64,000 bases of DNA from assembly GCA_043228905.1 (NCBI GenBank), contig JBHGNT010000002.1:23002001-23066000 (forward strand). Reading direction: 5' to 3'. The notes under the pieces are model-generated. The model searched no databases, was not told where the DNA came from, and was given only the letters and a program-made list of their open reading frames with translations. The translations under genes and the position numbers were made by a program. This stretch comes from Azolla caroliniana. Lineage: Eukaryota > Plantae > Polypodiophyta. Of this stretch, positions 47,721 to 62,790 are shown piece by piece. Positions within the stretch are counted from its first letter, which is position 1, and each line of letters starts with the position of its first letter.

Positions 47721-48563
47721 AATGTAATATTTTTGGTCTCATAGGTCATATTTGATCTCCGAAGACGATAATATAATCTATCTATCTATCTATCTATCTC
47801 TCTCTCTCTCTCCTCCTTTTCTAATTATGTTTTTACTTATGTTTTATCTCTCCCTCCCCCTTTTAATTATGTTTTAATCTCGGCGGTGTAGTCGCAAATG
47901 CTCTTGATCTTGGCGATGTAGTCACTAACATGTCTTTTTGTTGAATGTTGTTCAACTCTTGTCGGAGTTGAAGCTTTCGGGCGGTCATGTTGGCGGCGAA
48001 CATTTTCTTTAAGTTCTGTCACGCCTCTTTGGACGTCTCAGCATCTCGAATGTGGCTAAGCTTGTGGTCGTGGACACATGTTGCCAAGCAATACATGACT
48101 CAACTCGCCGCTTGCTCCCATGTTGCATAGTCGGCATTTTTCGAGTTGGGACGATTTTCTTGTGCGTCGTTGATGTAGCTCCAATACCCTTGGCCGACGA
48201 GGTATTGGGTCATCTTGTACTCCCAAGATGAATAATTGCTCTGGTGTAGCTTTTCGCTAGGGAGCGAGCTACCCATTTGTGTGTTCATGTTGATTGTGTC
48301 TTCTCTTCTTTTGTTTTTCTTCCTTCGATCACATGTATGTGCTACGTAGCGGCACTACGGTAGCGAATGGCCGGAATTTGTCGTCAGCGTTTCGAACACA
48401 CAATTACAAAGAGTTGGGTGGGCTTAGTGGATGTGCTAAACCACACGCTTTGATACCATGTTAAGAATTAGGTAAGTAATTAAGCAAGGATTAATTAGTA
48501 CCTAATTATGTGATTAATTGATAAACGAAAGATTAAGTGATATGTGTGTGTATGTGTGTGAGA

Positions 48564-48607
<44 letters not shown>

Positions 48608-49327
48608 CATATATGAACAACACAAGATGGGGGATGAGTTAGTATATTAAATTAGCATTATCATCATCATCAAATACAAAAATACCTACAGTGAGGTATA
48701 TATAGATCTCATGTGCAAGGGTGCACATGTGTGAGGAGATTATAGGTACAACCGTGTAAGTCCTATATTAAATGACCTTGGGAGTGGAGGATCTAGAATA
48801 TCCTACTTAAGTACAAGGTCCTATTTATGTCGTTATAGTCAACACTTTTAACTAGATTCTATCTAGGTAACTACGAAGTTACATGGTTGACTAACTAACT
48901 AAACTAAGTTGAGCTTGATCTCTCAACACCATGTTTTTATGTTGACGATGGTTAAGCCTTTTCATTCATTTTGTTATCCAAAAGCCTTGCTCCTACTGTG
49001 AAGGACAAATCGTGGAGATTGGTTGGGTCACTTATCTCTATTGAGGATTTCATTGAGGATCTCTGCGACCACTTATTAAACGTCATGGAGGTGATCTCAT
49101 ACTAATAACACAACGCCGACAACGAACCTATGTCATAGAGGGAAAACAACAAGCATCTCCATCACTATGCAACAGCTTATAAAGGCCAAGGAGGTGACTT
49201 TGACCTAATAATGCAAAGCCGGCCACGACCCTATGTCATATAGGTAAAAAAACAAGCATCTCCATAGCTCACAAAAATATTTAAAGAACATAGTACATGT
49301 CATCTAGCACAATTGATGCTAGAACCT

Positions 49328-50140
49328 TGTAAATATTTATGTGGGTAATTATGTACTGCAAAAGTAGAGTAGAGTTGTGTGTGTATGAAACAAGCGAGAA
49401 GAGAGACACAAGACAAAAAAACTAAAAATTGTATATTCACAAGAACAAGAATGACAACCAACCGTTACAAAGGGAGAGAGGAGGGTGCTTATAAGGTCAC
49501 CTTCTCTCTACATTCTCTCAATAAAACGCACTCTCAGGAAAGGGGGAAAACTTTAACTAACTCATTAACTGATGTGTCATAGGAGTTACATTCTATGGCA
49601 CATAGCTATGTTACAAAGTGGTGGTGTGTTCACATCCATTACCTACTTAGGTGTGTTCACACTTTAGTTGAGTTTGATTGTCAACACGCCCCTCCAAGCT
49701 CAACTTGGTGTAAGTCGGCTTTCAGCTTTGGTGTAGGCTTTGGCCTTGATGTCTAGCTTTCGGATTCGGTTTGCTCCCATTTCAGCTCCGTTGGTGTCTA
49801 ACTTTCATCTACTAGTATCCGGTCAACTCTATTAATGTCTGACATTCGGCTTTGCCCCCCCTCAAGCTCGGCAAGTCGGAAGTCAAAAGACTAAGCTCCG
49901 ACAAGAATTGTCGAAGCTTGTCGACCCCTAGGGCTTTCGTAAAGATGTCAGTCACATGAAGATTTGTGATGATGTGATGAAGGCCGACATCGCCCGCAAA
50001 GACACGTTCTCGGATGAAGTGGTAGTGCACCTCGATGTGCTTCATCCAAGCATGGAAAACTAGGTTCGAAGCAAGATGAATACTGTTGAGATTGTTGCAG
50101 TAGATCAAGATTGGGTCGTTGATGGAGGGAGACGCCTAAA
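49328..50140 (-). mobile_element. Ty1/copia 3' end: RNase H C-terminus, PPT and 3' LTR (about 49328-49686)
   Basis: IYCNN...KHIEVHYHFIRE...DIFTKAL at 49812-50108. PPT GGAGGGGCG precedes TGTTGA on the minus strand. The left LTR border is approximate. Confidence 0.8.
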
Positions 50141-50142
50141 TC

Positions 50143-52560
50143 TTTTTTTTAAAGTCAAGATCCACCTTGGTATTAATGAAAAGATGCCCAAAGGCCACAA
50201 AGGATCAATCAATATGTGTAGTAGCGAAGCCCTCATGTAGGGTCCTTCCAAGACGGGGGGTAGAAAAAGCCATCTTGGTGGAGCATATCTCCACTTTATT
50301 CTCTCCCCATAAAAGGTGAAGAACTCTACATTTTTCCAAATTTCTTGAAAATGTTGTTGCTTACGAAACACAACATCATGCTCACTAGGCATTGCCTCAT
50401 ATTGACCTCTTAGAGTATGCAAGAGCATCAACCATATCTCCTTGACTAACTCAACCGCATTTGGTTTGACTTTCTGAAATACACGCTTACATCTTGCCTT
50501 CCATAATACCCAAACTACTAAAGTAGATATCGTAGACCAAACCTTGTCCTCTTCCAAACAATGGATTGGTGTAGTATAAGAGAACTCCAATACATGTCTT
50601 CCATCGGAGAGGAGAAGAAAATCAACATAGTCCCTTTCATAATTTTGTATTTCTTCAGCCAATCTTCCCCATCTCACAAAACCCCATCTGTACACCTGTT
50701 TGCCATAAATAGGATACAAAATTCTCAACATTCTTTTCCATACTCCTCTAGCAATAGGCCATACCCATAACACATGGTGAACCGTTTCATTGGGAAAACC
50801 ACAATTGTCACATTTTAAGTCATGGTAATTCCCCCTCATCCATGACTTCATAGGAATGCTATAATGTACCAACAACCATCCAAATAAGACAACTTTTCTA
50901 GGAATTTGCATGGCCCATAGCCATTTCCAATAAGCAGTCAACCAAGAGTGTTGTACATTACCTAATCTCCAAAATTTACACGTTGCTGGCATAACTACCA
51001 CACACACATCTACTTAGCAATTTTCTACCCATTTTTACCGAGTACTGAATAAATGGAATTTGCTTACCTAGCATGCTTTGTGCCGATATGCTTTGTCATT
51101 TCCATTCATTGGGATCCCACAAAAGGTTATCAATGGGCTTATTCTCGTAGACCCACAATTCAAATAAATTATTTATATCATTTGGATGTGGATTCAACAT
51201 CCATTTTTTATCATTCTTCCACAATATACGAACAGGCAACGTACTCCCTTGGGTTACAACTTCATCTTCCATAAGGATAGAATGAAGCGTTCAGAACACA
51301 AAACATCGAAATAAAGACATTCACGACAGTTTTTATAACCCCTGACCCCCGACAAGACATGTAAAGATGAAAACATACCATACCAAAATAGACTAAATTG
51401 AGAAGGCTGAAAGGAAGACATCATAAACACTCTATCGATTTCTGCATACATAATGTTCCCACCCCATATTGTGCGACAAACATGGGTTTTGTTTTCCATT
51501 GTTGAAGAAGAAAAATTCAGCCAATTCCTTACTGATTTAGCTTCTCCTCTATCAAAATCAGCCCACTTCAACCTAGTTCTTTTCCCTAACATTACCCAGG
51601 CCTCCTCTGATAGAAATAATGGGTTCATTATGAGGGGTTGGCGCAACCATTCCTCCATACATGATGGTAGAGATTAGATCAAGTTAGTTTCAAATCCCAC
51701 CTTGCATGACTTCATGATACCCCTAAAAACTTATCTTGGCGAAAAATATCAATGGAATGATTAAAATCTCTTAGAAACTACCATCTAATACTACCTTGAC
51801 ATTTGCCACCTGTAGAAGGCATAACCTTAAGCATTAATTTTTTTCCATGGCACCCCACATGGCAACAAGCCCCTTATAATCAATTTTCCCAAAAAAGCCT
51901 TACATTGTAATAGAGGATCAATCAATCCAAGACTACCCTCGTCCTTTGGAGTTGTAATAACTTTCCAAGATACTTTGACTCTCACATATGAACAATCTTT
52001 AGATCCCCAAAGGAAATTTCTAATAAGCCTTTGTACTTGTGATAAAGTTGAACGTGAGCGCAACCTAGCCAACAAAATGTACCACATGGAAGCCAACAAT
52101 ACTTTATTGGCAACAACCACCCTCCCTGGCAATGACAATTTAGCAATATTCCAATATAACAATTTCTTCCTTACAACAAACAACAAAGGAGCTACATGAT
52201 CTTCTGGCAAAAGATTAATACCTACCTGACATCCCAAGTATCTTACAAGTTTACTATGTGGAATCCACTGAAACCCTTCATGTGGATACCACGAGGGTTT
52301 TCTGTGGTACTTACCCAGAACCCCACCGACTTATTCCAATTAATAACAGTTCCAAAAGCATAGCAAAATCTATCAATAACTCGTTGTACTCTACACAGAT
52401 TATCGTGAGAACCTTGCAAATACAAGGTTGTATCATCAACAAATTGACAATCCACAATTTGCTCCTCTAACCAAGGCCATAGTAGTCCTTTTATATTCAC
52501 GACATTACTTATGAAAACTACTAAAAGCTTCTCCAATCATCAAATATAAAAAAGGAGCTA
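50143..52560 (-). mobile_element. 5'-truncated degenerate L1-type LINE inserted in the copia RNase H
   Basis: QFVDDT RT core remnant, LPGRVVVANKVL, zf-RVT (CDNC...ETVHHVLW) and a short A tail at 50143-50150. Confidence 0.85.
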
Positions 52561-53446
52561 ATGCAACGAAAAGAATTCATAGGCTATATTGTAGATAAGA
52601 GGGGATGCAACACTACCTAAGAGAATAATACATAAGCATGTGAGGTAATGCCCAATGGTGATTGGTTGTAATTGGCAACTTTGAGTAATAAAAGTGATAT
52701 TTAGTCCATATTGTCTAGAGAGAGAGAAGGTTGTGTAACCAAGGATGGACATCCCATTCGAGGGAGCCTTATTGGTACACTTATGTGTTGCTTGTAGGTT
52801 GTGACAATAAACTAATTTCATTATCTAACTCTCATGCTCTAGGTTTGTTGAAACTAGCAAGAACTTGTTGGAGGTCAAAATTAATGCCTATGATTGCTCA
52901 ATTGCCAAGGCTTAACAAGTTAACTACATGGCCTTTGCTCCCATTCTAAGAGCCTTATTGGTACTCTTATGTGTTTCTTGTCAATTGTGACAAGAATCTA
53001 ATTTCGTTATCTAGCTCTCATGCTCTATGCTCTAGGACCGTTGAAACTAGCAAGAACTTGTTGTAGGTCAAATGCATGTGATTGCTCAATTGCCAAGGCT
53101 TAACAAGTTGACCGCATGGTGTTTGCATGGATCTCTCTTTCTCATGAAACAATCGTGTAGTATTGCTTCTTTGAGAATGTATTGGGTCATCTCAATAATG
53201 GTCACATTATGATGTTTCATTCTTTTCTAACGATATACACTCCTCAAACTTATTTGAAAAACATCATAATCAATTTGAAGACATTTCACCTTCAAGCCTA
53301 ACTCCTCTACCATATGATGCCACTTGACCAATCCATCAAAAACTTTGAGCAATCGTCACCACCATTGCTTCCACTCGAATCTCCACCTCTACAACACTTG
53401 TTTTTATTTGCATCTATTATTTAATAAAAAGAGCAAAACCTTTGTA

Positions 53447-53838
53447 GCTCTGATACCATGTTAATTATTGCGTGGAAACAATGGATGTACCCACAAATAT
53501 TGGATATAGAGAACAAAATGGTGAAGGCAATTTATAGCATAGCGTTAAAGGTGATTAGAGTGGAGGGCATCATACAATGAGAGTTGTAGCTTACATACTT
53601 CGAAGTGAGGATATACAAATTTCAAGTCAAAGGTGCAAGGAAGTCCCCAAGGCTAACCCAACTACTATATTAAATGTACTACTATCTTCATTGACCACGC
53701 TTGATAAGATTTTTGACAGATATTATGTTTCCGCATTGTGGTTTCAATACATACATAAATGTATGTGTGTGAATATGTTTTGTGAAAGGTATTCCCTTCT
53801 AGGGAGCTTCAATCTATATGTAGCAACGCTTATTAACA
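53447..53838 (-). mobile_element. Copia-type 5' LTR (53459-53838) with Met PBS
   Basis: TGTTAAT...ATTAACA termini and adjacent PBS TGGTATCAGAGC. Degenerate internal sequence lies to the left. Confidence 0.7.
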
Positions 53839-54017
53839 AAATTGTTGTGAGCTTTACTAAAAGGGTATGCTAAACTAGATCATAAAAATTAGGAGGATAT
53901 GAGATTATGAAAATATTAAAGGTGTCATTTACAAAACTTGCTTCATTGATTAAGACTTAATGAAAAATACATCAACTATAATCCATTAAGTAGGCATCGG
54001 TTAATGGATAAATTTTG

Positions 54018-54158
54018 CATGGCCTATGGCTAATGATGAAGACAAACACGAAATATTAATGTTCTATTTATGACTCTCTTTCTCTCTCACATGGCCTATG
54101 GCTAATGATGAAGACAAATACAAAATATTAATGTTCTAATTATGACTCTTTTCTCTCT
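54018..54158. repeat. Tandem duplication of a ~71-bp unit
   Basis: catggcctatggctaatgatgaagacaaa... occurs twice, 71 bp apart. Confidence 0.85.
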
Positions 54159-54164
54159 TGCATG

Positions 54165-55976
<1,812 letters not shown>

Positions 55977-56119
55977 CTTGCATGTACTTCCTTGCAAAAA
56001 AAATCTTTAAGAAACATCCTCTTCCCACAACTATTTAGATTTTTCTATCTTTTCTTTTTCCAAAAAGATTTCCTTCATTAGTATTAAGAAAAAACGTCGT
56101 AAGGCTACAAACTGTACAA

Positions 56120-56683
56120 TTAGAGAGTGTTATATACAAAAAGGATAATCAGGGGAAGGGCCAGGGATGATGATATTTCCAGATAGGTCCTTGAGAGGAG
56201 ACCGTGAATAGAGGCAACTTCCTCCTTCCTTTTCTTAAGAACAACCTCCGAAGGGCCCGACATATTGTCATATTGCCCACACACTACCGCCAATAAGTTG
56301 TCCCATAATTCTAGCAATATATCTAAGAGAAGGGAAATTATAGAATCATATCGTCTTTTACACCGATATTTCCATAATGTCCATAATGTAACTGTGGATA
56401 TTGTTTTCCATACATGGGTTGCACACATTTGCTTTCGAGGTTGCTAAAAAGGGGAGACAGATATTAGATGCCTATTGACAACTATCTTAGCCTCTAGAGC
56501 ATCATCTGCCTCATACAATAAGAGACTGGAATGGAGAACCCCCCATACCGTTGATCCCCAAGAGAATAGGCAACCTACATTAATTGTTAGGAATAAAGAA
56601 AGAACTTTATTCCATACTTGTTGGGCTATTGAACAGGACCATAGAGCATGCTTGGTAGTTTCGCGTGTCACAACGAAACACAT
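56120..56683 (-). mobile_element. Degenerate L1 ORF2 3' fragment
   Basis: ETTKHALWSCSIAQQVW and LWTLWKYRC motifs, similar to the other L1 fragments. Confidence 0.75.
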
Positions 56684-59250
56684 ACGTAGTGGTAGTTTTT
56701 GTGAACCGTGACATTATCTTGAGATCTGCTTATAGCCAAATACATTCTATCAAAAGTGTTATGTTGCTACCATTGAGTAAATCACATTCATTGTAACTTA
56801 CAAGAAATTTTGGCCCTTGAATATATTTGGGGATTTTGGGTGTGTTTTTTTGCTTATAATGTGGATTATATTAATTTAAATTGCTTAAATAATCTGACAA
56901 CCTCTTAACACAAAGGGGGACTTCACCCATATTCATATTCAGCTCTTATGTCCTACTCCTTTTTTAACGAAAGTGTCCAATCCATCCCCTTCTTTTCACG
57001 AGAAATTATAGTTTTTGAAGTGAATAGAGTAGAAATTTATTTGAATGTGATTATCGAATACAATTCCACCATAAAAGGCATGATGCCCCAATCTTGTAAT
57101 ATATTGTATGACTACACAAAAACCAATGTGTACCTCTCTCAATTCCGATCAATTTCTCTCTCAAGTTGAGACAAAATTTTGATAGGAAAGGCTTGTATAA
57201 CACTGAGGTCTAAGACAATTCATCACACCAAACTCATAGTCAATGATCACATTTCAACGATACATTAATCTCATTGTGTCACGACTCACCCATCCTTCAA
57301 ATTGCCATTTATGACAGTATGCTAAAAACAATTTTTTCATTAGAATATGCAACAACTTTAAAAGATTATTTGAAGACAATGAATAATATATGCAAACATA
57401 TTATATAAATGGCAACTTGTGTTATTATTCACATCCATCTTGATTAAAGTCTTTAATCATGTCACAAATGAATAAGATATTACGAACGTGATTTTTGCAT
57501 TATTGTATATTAGAAGCTTCAACAAAATAATGGTCAATCTTCCCCTCTAAAAACTTGTATGTACATATTATCGAAATTAATGCAATGCATAAACATTCTT
57601 AGAAAGCTCTAGAGCATTATACATTATCACATTCCAACCACAATAATAATGTACTAGATGGCAATGGGGAATATAAGACGTGTGCAAATTAGATTACTCA
57701 ATGATATAATAAAAGAATGGAAACATTCCAATTTTTGTCAAGTGGGTTGACAGATAATTCACATAATTAGATTTTGTGAAACTAGAACGTGCATAAGATA
57801 CTTTTGATGAGGTGTTTATCAAAATCATGAAATCCCCATGAAGCAAATATGGTGGATATCTTTTTGATAAGTGCATTAAAAAATGTGTCATGTGTGTGCA
57901 ATGGAATCCTTTAATAAATAAGCATGCAATCATCAATATAACTTAATTAGCAACAATTTCAATACAAGAAAAAGGACATGATATGTGATTCTTTTGAATG
58001 ATTAATTTTGCACACATTGAACTACAATTAGTGGACGATCATGTGTCTTATTTTGATAAATCATGGCACATATTCAACATCCTATCTAGAACTTTGATTA
58101 GTAGTGCCTTTCCTAGGTGATCTAACCGAGGCCACTTGACAATTCATAGCTTAATAGATAAAAGCATGGTTTGTTAGAGGATTCCATGCTCCATGTTTCA
58201 AATTGTTTGAAGGTTAGAGAAGCAAACACGAGAATTTACTTACCCATCTCTATTTGAATGGGGCAAGATACGATCCTTAGTTGTGTGCAACCTAATATTT
58301 TTCCATGATGTTGAGTAGATATGTGAAATAACTACATACTTGCTTTCTTTTTCTATTTAATAGCATCTCTCAAAGATGCAATTCAATGTCCTAGTTAATA
58401 CATGCATCAATGTAAGAGTAGCCTGTAAATAGTTTTTTTTACTGTTTGTGTATTTTCGTGTCTAGTTTTCTTATGTCAAATAGAACCTATTGTACCAGAG
58501 TGAAACATTTTCTTGTTGTATGCGTAGTTTATTGGTTTACTAATGAAAGTTGCAATCAAGAGTGTAGGAATAGATATGGATTGACCATTTGGGGAAGGCA
58601 AAACTCAAAAGGGAATGAAATTCGAGCATTGTAGTAGAGTGTGATACTCAAACTCACCAACTATCTAAGAGGAAATGTGCATAATGGATGAGTCTCCACG
58701 CATATACCCTAATGATCATCTCACATCAAAGAGAAATAGAGAGAACTTGTGTGGAAGCAATGGTGCGGATGGTGTACCATGGGATGAGTTGTAGCATGCA
58801 TGGTGAGTGCAGTTTGCATGATAAGAGAATACTATGATTTTGTAGTTTGGTGCAACATCTGCATTCTTAATGTGTGGAATGGGTCTTCCACATGTCTTTG
58901 TGTTGTGACACGCTAGTAGTGTACAAAATCTTCATTCATTGCAGAATTTATCAAGGCATTATGATATGAAACAAGTTAATACACCCAATCTTCCTAACCA
59001 TTTGGCTGTATCTCACAACTATCCAAAACTCAAAAAATGTGCTTTTTGTGTATCTTTTGAATTCTTATTTTATTTTCCTTTCATATGTAATTCTTGGAAG
59101 ACAATGTGGGGCTTTACTTTTAAACTTGAACACATATTGAACAATCCTTTTCATGCAGATGATCTCAACAGGAAGTAAATAGCCTCGAGGAGTAATAGGA
59201 CACATGATCTTGACTTTGGAAAAAGCTTTTTGGATACCATTTCCAAGCAG

Positions 59251-59292
<42 letters not shown>

Positions 59293-60777
59293 CATTATTG
59301 ATATTAGAGGTCAACGAAGACCCATGGGACCAAAAGTGAACCACTTTCACATAGTAACTCTCTCCCTCGAGAGAGATAGGGACAAATTACATGTCACTAC
59401 TTATGGAAGAAGGATAGAGATAGAGAGAGGTTTCAAAGTCAACAGAAATAGAGCACCCCATCTACACTCTATCTTACTCTTTTCAAACCATGAATTGGTA
59501 GGACAAAATGTTTTGGGAATGAAAATTTACATGCCAATAAACTTTTCAAGCAAAACCCAAATGAACGCCAAATCATTTTCGTAGGTGAAAAGTTAGGAGA
59601 ACCAACTTAAACTTTCGTGCCCCAATAATAAACCTCACCTACCACAACTACCTACACTTCCCCTTCTCTCTCTCCCTCCCTCCCTCTCTCTCTTCCACCC
59701 TTCTTTTGGTGGCCTAATAGATGATAAAACATCATAGTAAACATTTGACTTTGATTGGTTTTCTGACTATAATAAACCCGACTACCTACGATCAAGTATC
59801 TGCGGGGCGACGCAAGGGAGGTAGTAGGCAAGAGTTGCGGAGAAAGGTAAAAAGAAAAGAAAATGAAAGAAAAAAGAGTGCAAAGATAAGAATTCGGCAT
59901 GTATCCATTGGATCATGTGTCTGGAATGCAGGTGTTGGGGGGTGGGGAGGGGGGTGCAAATGGACGACCGTGCGGGCGGACAGATGGAGACTTCCGGAAG
60001 CTGCAAGGCCTTTTGATTGTGTGTACCGAATGCAGGTGTTGATGGGGGTGTATGAATGGAGGGACGAGGTGCGGACATTTGGGGGGGGGGTGTGTGTGTG
60101 TGCAAATGGGCAGGTGGGCGGATGGATGGGCGGGCACGGGCACACGGAAACTTCCGGAAGCTGCGAGTCCTGGCGAAGGAAAATAATGATTGGATGGATG
60201 GAGCAAATGATTTTCTTTGGGTTTTCACAATCTATCTAATGATTTGTCTGCCTCTCTGTTCTGTTCTGTCTCTGTCCATATCTCTGCTTTTGACTTGGGG
60301 TTAATTTTTATTTATATTTATTTTTGTACACAGAGAAATCAATGAAAACCAAACCCACTTGCTTAAACTCAAAAACCATGGCCATGGCCTCTCCCCTAGA
60401 ATCAGAATCAGAATCAGAATCAGAAGAAGAAGAAGAAGAAGAGGAAGGAGAAGACAAACCTTGAACTCCTCATTCCTCCTCCTCCTCCTCCTTCTGATCT
60501 CTCCTCCATCCCAGAGCCATGGCCTTAAGCTATGAAGCAGTAATAAGAACAATAAGGACTGTTTTCCATAGAATCAGACTTCTTTAACAAGAACCCCTCA
60601 TTTTTATTTCCATGAAGAAGAAGACCCCTTTCTAGCGTTCTCGCAGAAGGTGAAGATAGATCATACGACCCATTTCCACCCTCTCACAGATTCAGCAGAA
60701 GAATTACAAAAAAATAAATCCCATTGCATTATTCATTTCATCCATTTCTCACACAATAGAAACAGAGAAGAGCCAGA

Positions 60778-60876
60778 ATGATGAACCAGTCGAGTTTGAG
60801 TCAGGAGGTATCACATCCAGCCTTGGAATCCAGTGGTTATTTTCCCAACGAATTCAATCTCTTCAAAACAGAGCAA
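60778..60876 (+). CDS. SAC/FIG4-family phosphoinositide phosphatase, coding exon 1
   Basis: ATG...FNLFKTEQ followed by a GTAATT donor; phase 0 fits exon 2. Confidence 0.7.
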
Positions 60877-60880
60877 GTAA

Positions 60881-60926
<46 letters not shown>

Positions 60927-62015
60927 GTATTTAGTGGCCATTCCATATATTGCTGAGAATTTTAATGGAATTATTGTTTGAGAAGGTTAATGGTGTTATT
61001 TTGTCCAAGGGAAATGGATAGTTTGTGGCAAGTTTATGCCTTTATTCTTGCAAGACATTTTTTTGGCTTGCTCATTGAGAAGATGATATTCCATCATTTG
61101 TCTCTTTCAACAAGTCAAGGTTTAATTCACTCTTGATTTCTCTCATCTTCCACATGTAGTTCTCAAATTTCTTTCTTTCTCTGTGATTGTTGAAATTATA
61201 AGGACAAGGCATGTTGCAAACTGTCCCACCTTTTTCTCAAGACATTTTTGAATACCAAAAAATGATCATAGAATCAAGAATGGCGCTATTGCGGCGACAC
61301 ATAAGGCATAAGCTACAACTTTCCATGATGATGATAATGAAGGTAGAAAATCACCATGGGAAATCTAGTATCATAAGTTACAATAATAGAATATGTTCAT
61401 GTGATGCAAGCGGTTTAGGAGCAGGGAAATCAAGCAAAAACTGATGCAAAGAAAGACACAAGGAAGTATATATGCTAAGTAGGTCTTCGACTTGAGGGCT
61501 TCCTTATTCAGAGTCAGCAAAGCATGCCTTGATTTAGGAATTAACCACCAACATAGATATGAGGAAAATGCAAGTCAACTCTAAATGATCTTGCTATTTA
61601 ACCCTCATACAAAATCTATTTCTGAACAAGAGCAAGCAGAAATGCATCCGAAGATAATGGTGTTGTTTTTGCTACCATACTATTGAAGTGGAGCTGTCGT
61701 ACTATAACACCACCCAGTTAATGTGCTCTATAATGGTTGCTTACAATGGGCATTGATAGATTTCTCGTGGGGTGTATTTATTGCCTCTGAGTTGTCACAA
61801 TTCCTCAAATGTTCTCAGGTTTCAGATATGAAGTGACAAACTATGTCTGTATTTCTGTCACTTCTTGAATGTGACTAATTCCATTGAAACTCTATTTTTC
61901 TATGTCACGAGGCTGGTAGGATGTAAGATTTGGCGTTCTTTGATTCCACCTATATCTAACTTGTAATGAGGAATCTAAGATCTGATTTAATGGTGTTATG
62001 ATGCACACATCACAG

Positions 62016-62202
62016 AATTTCTACCTGTTTGGAACTGACAAAAACAAAGTTCATTGGAGAATTCTAAGAATAGACAGATCAGAACTGTCGACAGTCAAAG
62101 TGTACGAGGACCCAACTGTTTATACAAATTCAGAGTACAGGGACCATGAACATAAAATTTATGATGGACTAAAATTTGTTACTAAGGCATATGGGATTGT
62201 TG
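62016..62202 (+). CDS. SAC/FIG4-family phosphatase, exon 2
   Basis: CAG acceptor and GTGAG donor; NFYLFG...WRILRIDRSE...EDPTVYT...LKFVTKAYGIVG. Confidence 0.9.
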
Positions 62203-62308
62203 GTGAGTGCTTTTCCCTTTTGACTATCTGATTTATTCTGTTAAAAGTAAAATTTACTTTAGATTTTGTATGCAATATCGGAAGGCTTACATATTTCTGT
62301 TGCTGTAG

Positions 62309-62474
62309 GTTTTGTTAAATTCTTGGAGCCATATTACATGGTTCTTATAACAAAGCGTCAACTGCTTGGCAACATACAAGGACATGACATATATGGAATT
62401 GGTGAAAGCCAGCTAATAACAGTTCCTCATTCTTCTTTATTGACGAAACTCACTCATTCAAATGAGGAAAATAG
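62309..62474 (+). CDS. SAC/FIG4-family phosphatase, exon 3
   Basis: TAG/GT borders with consistent phases; FVKFLEPYYMVLITKR...GHDIYGI. Confidence 0.9.
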
Positions 62475-62567
62475 GTTGTCTACACTTCCTCAAAGTTATG
62501 CATATGTTGTGGATTTGTTGAATAGAGTTATTGAAAGTCATGTGTATCTTTTCAACATCTTTTACAG

Positions 62568-62790
62568 GTATAAGAGGCTGTTCAGTTCAGTTAATCTTTC
62601 AAAGGACTTCTTTTACAGTTACACCTATAGAATTATGTGGAACTTGCAAAGAAACATGAGCATAAAGGAAGTAGAGCCCATGCCTTATGATGATATGTTT
62701 GTTTGGAATTCATTTATGTCTCAAGAATTCCGGAATGAGGTTAAAAGCACACTTTGGACAGTTGCATTAGTTTATGGATTTTTTTATCAG
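62568..62790 (+). CDS. SAC/FIG4-family phosphatase, exon 4 (start of SacN/Syja_N region)
   Basis: CAG/GT borders; YKRL...LSKDFFYSYTY...MFVWN...WTVALVYGFF. The rest of the gene is not in the window. Confidence 0.9.

Larger units (their letters stand above)
43204..47798 (+). mobile_element. Apparently intact full-length LINE, RTEX-like, flanked by (CT)n
   Basis: 5' UTR, ORF1, uninterrupted APE-RT ORF2 with C-terminal cysteine motif, short 3' UTR and a (TCTA)n tail. (CT)n lies on both sides. The clade call is from motifs only. Confidence 0.9.
42018..48928 (-). mobile_element. Ty1/copia element E, 5' part (LTR 48459-48928, Met PBS, gag, protease, pre-integrase), interrupted by a LINE and by A2
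   Basis: PBS TGGTATCAAAG at 48448-48458. Gag starts at 48288; a zinc knuckle lies near 42760-42800; WFFDSGASHHMT and LWHKRIGH at 42018-42677. Confidence 0.88.

Noticed and set aside
52762-53130. ~190-bp diverged tandem duplication
   Set aside because: It lies in decayed copia internal sequence and looks like an ordinary local duplication.
56950-58650. Possible decayed hAT transposase on the minus strand
   Set aside because: Only scattered weak peptide resemblances, in inconsistent order; not supportable without a profile search.
59204-60552. ORFs, a divergent gene or a miRNA precursor upstream of the SAC gene
   Set aside because: The ORFs are driven by simple repeats and show no domain. 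No conserved mature miRNA or long fold-back was recognised. A non-coding or UTR transcript cannot be excluded.
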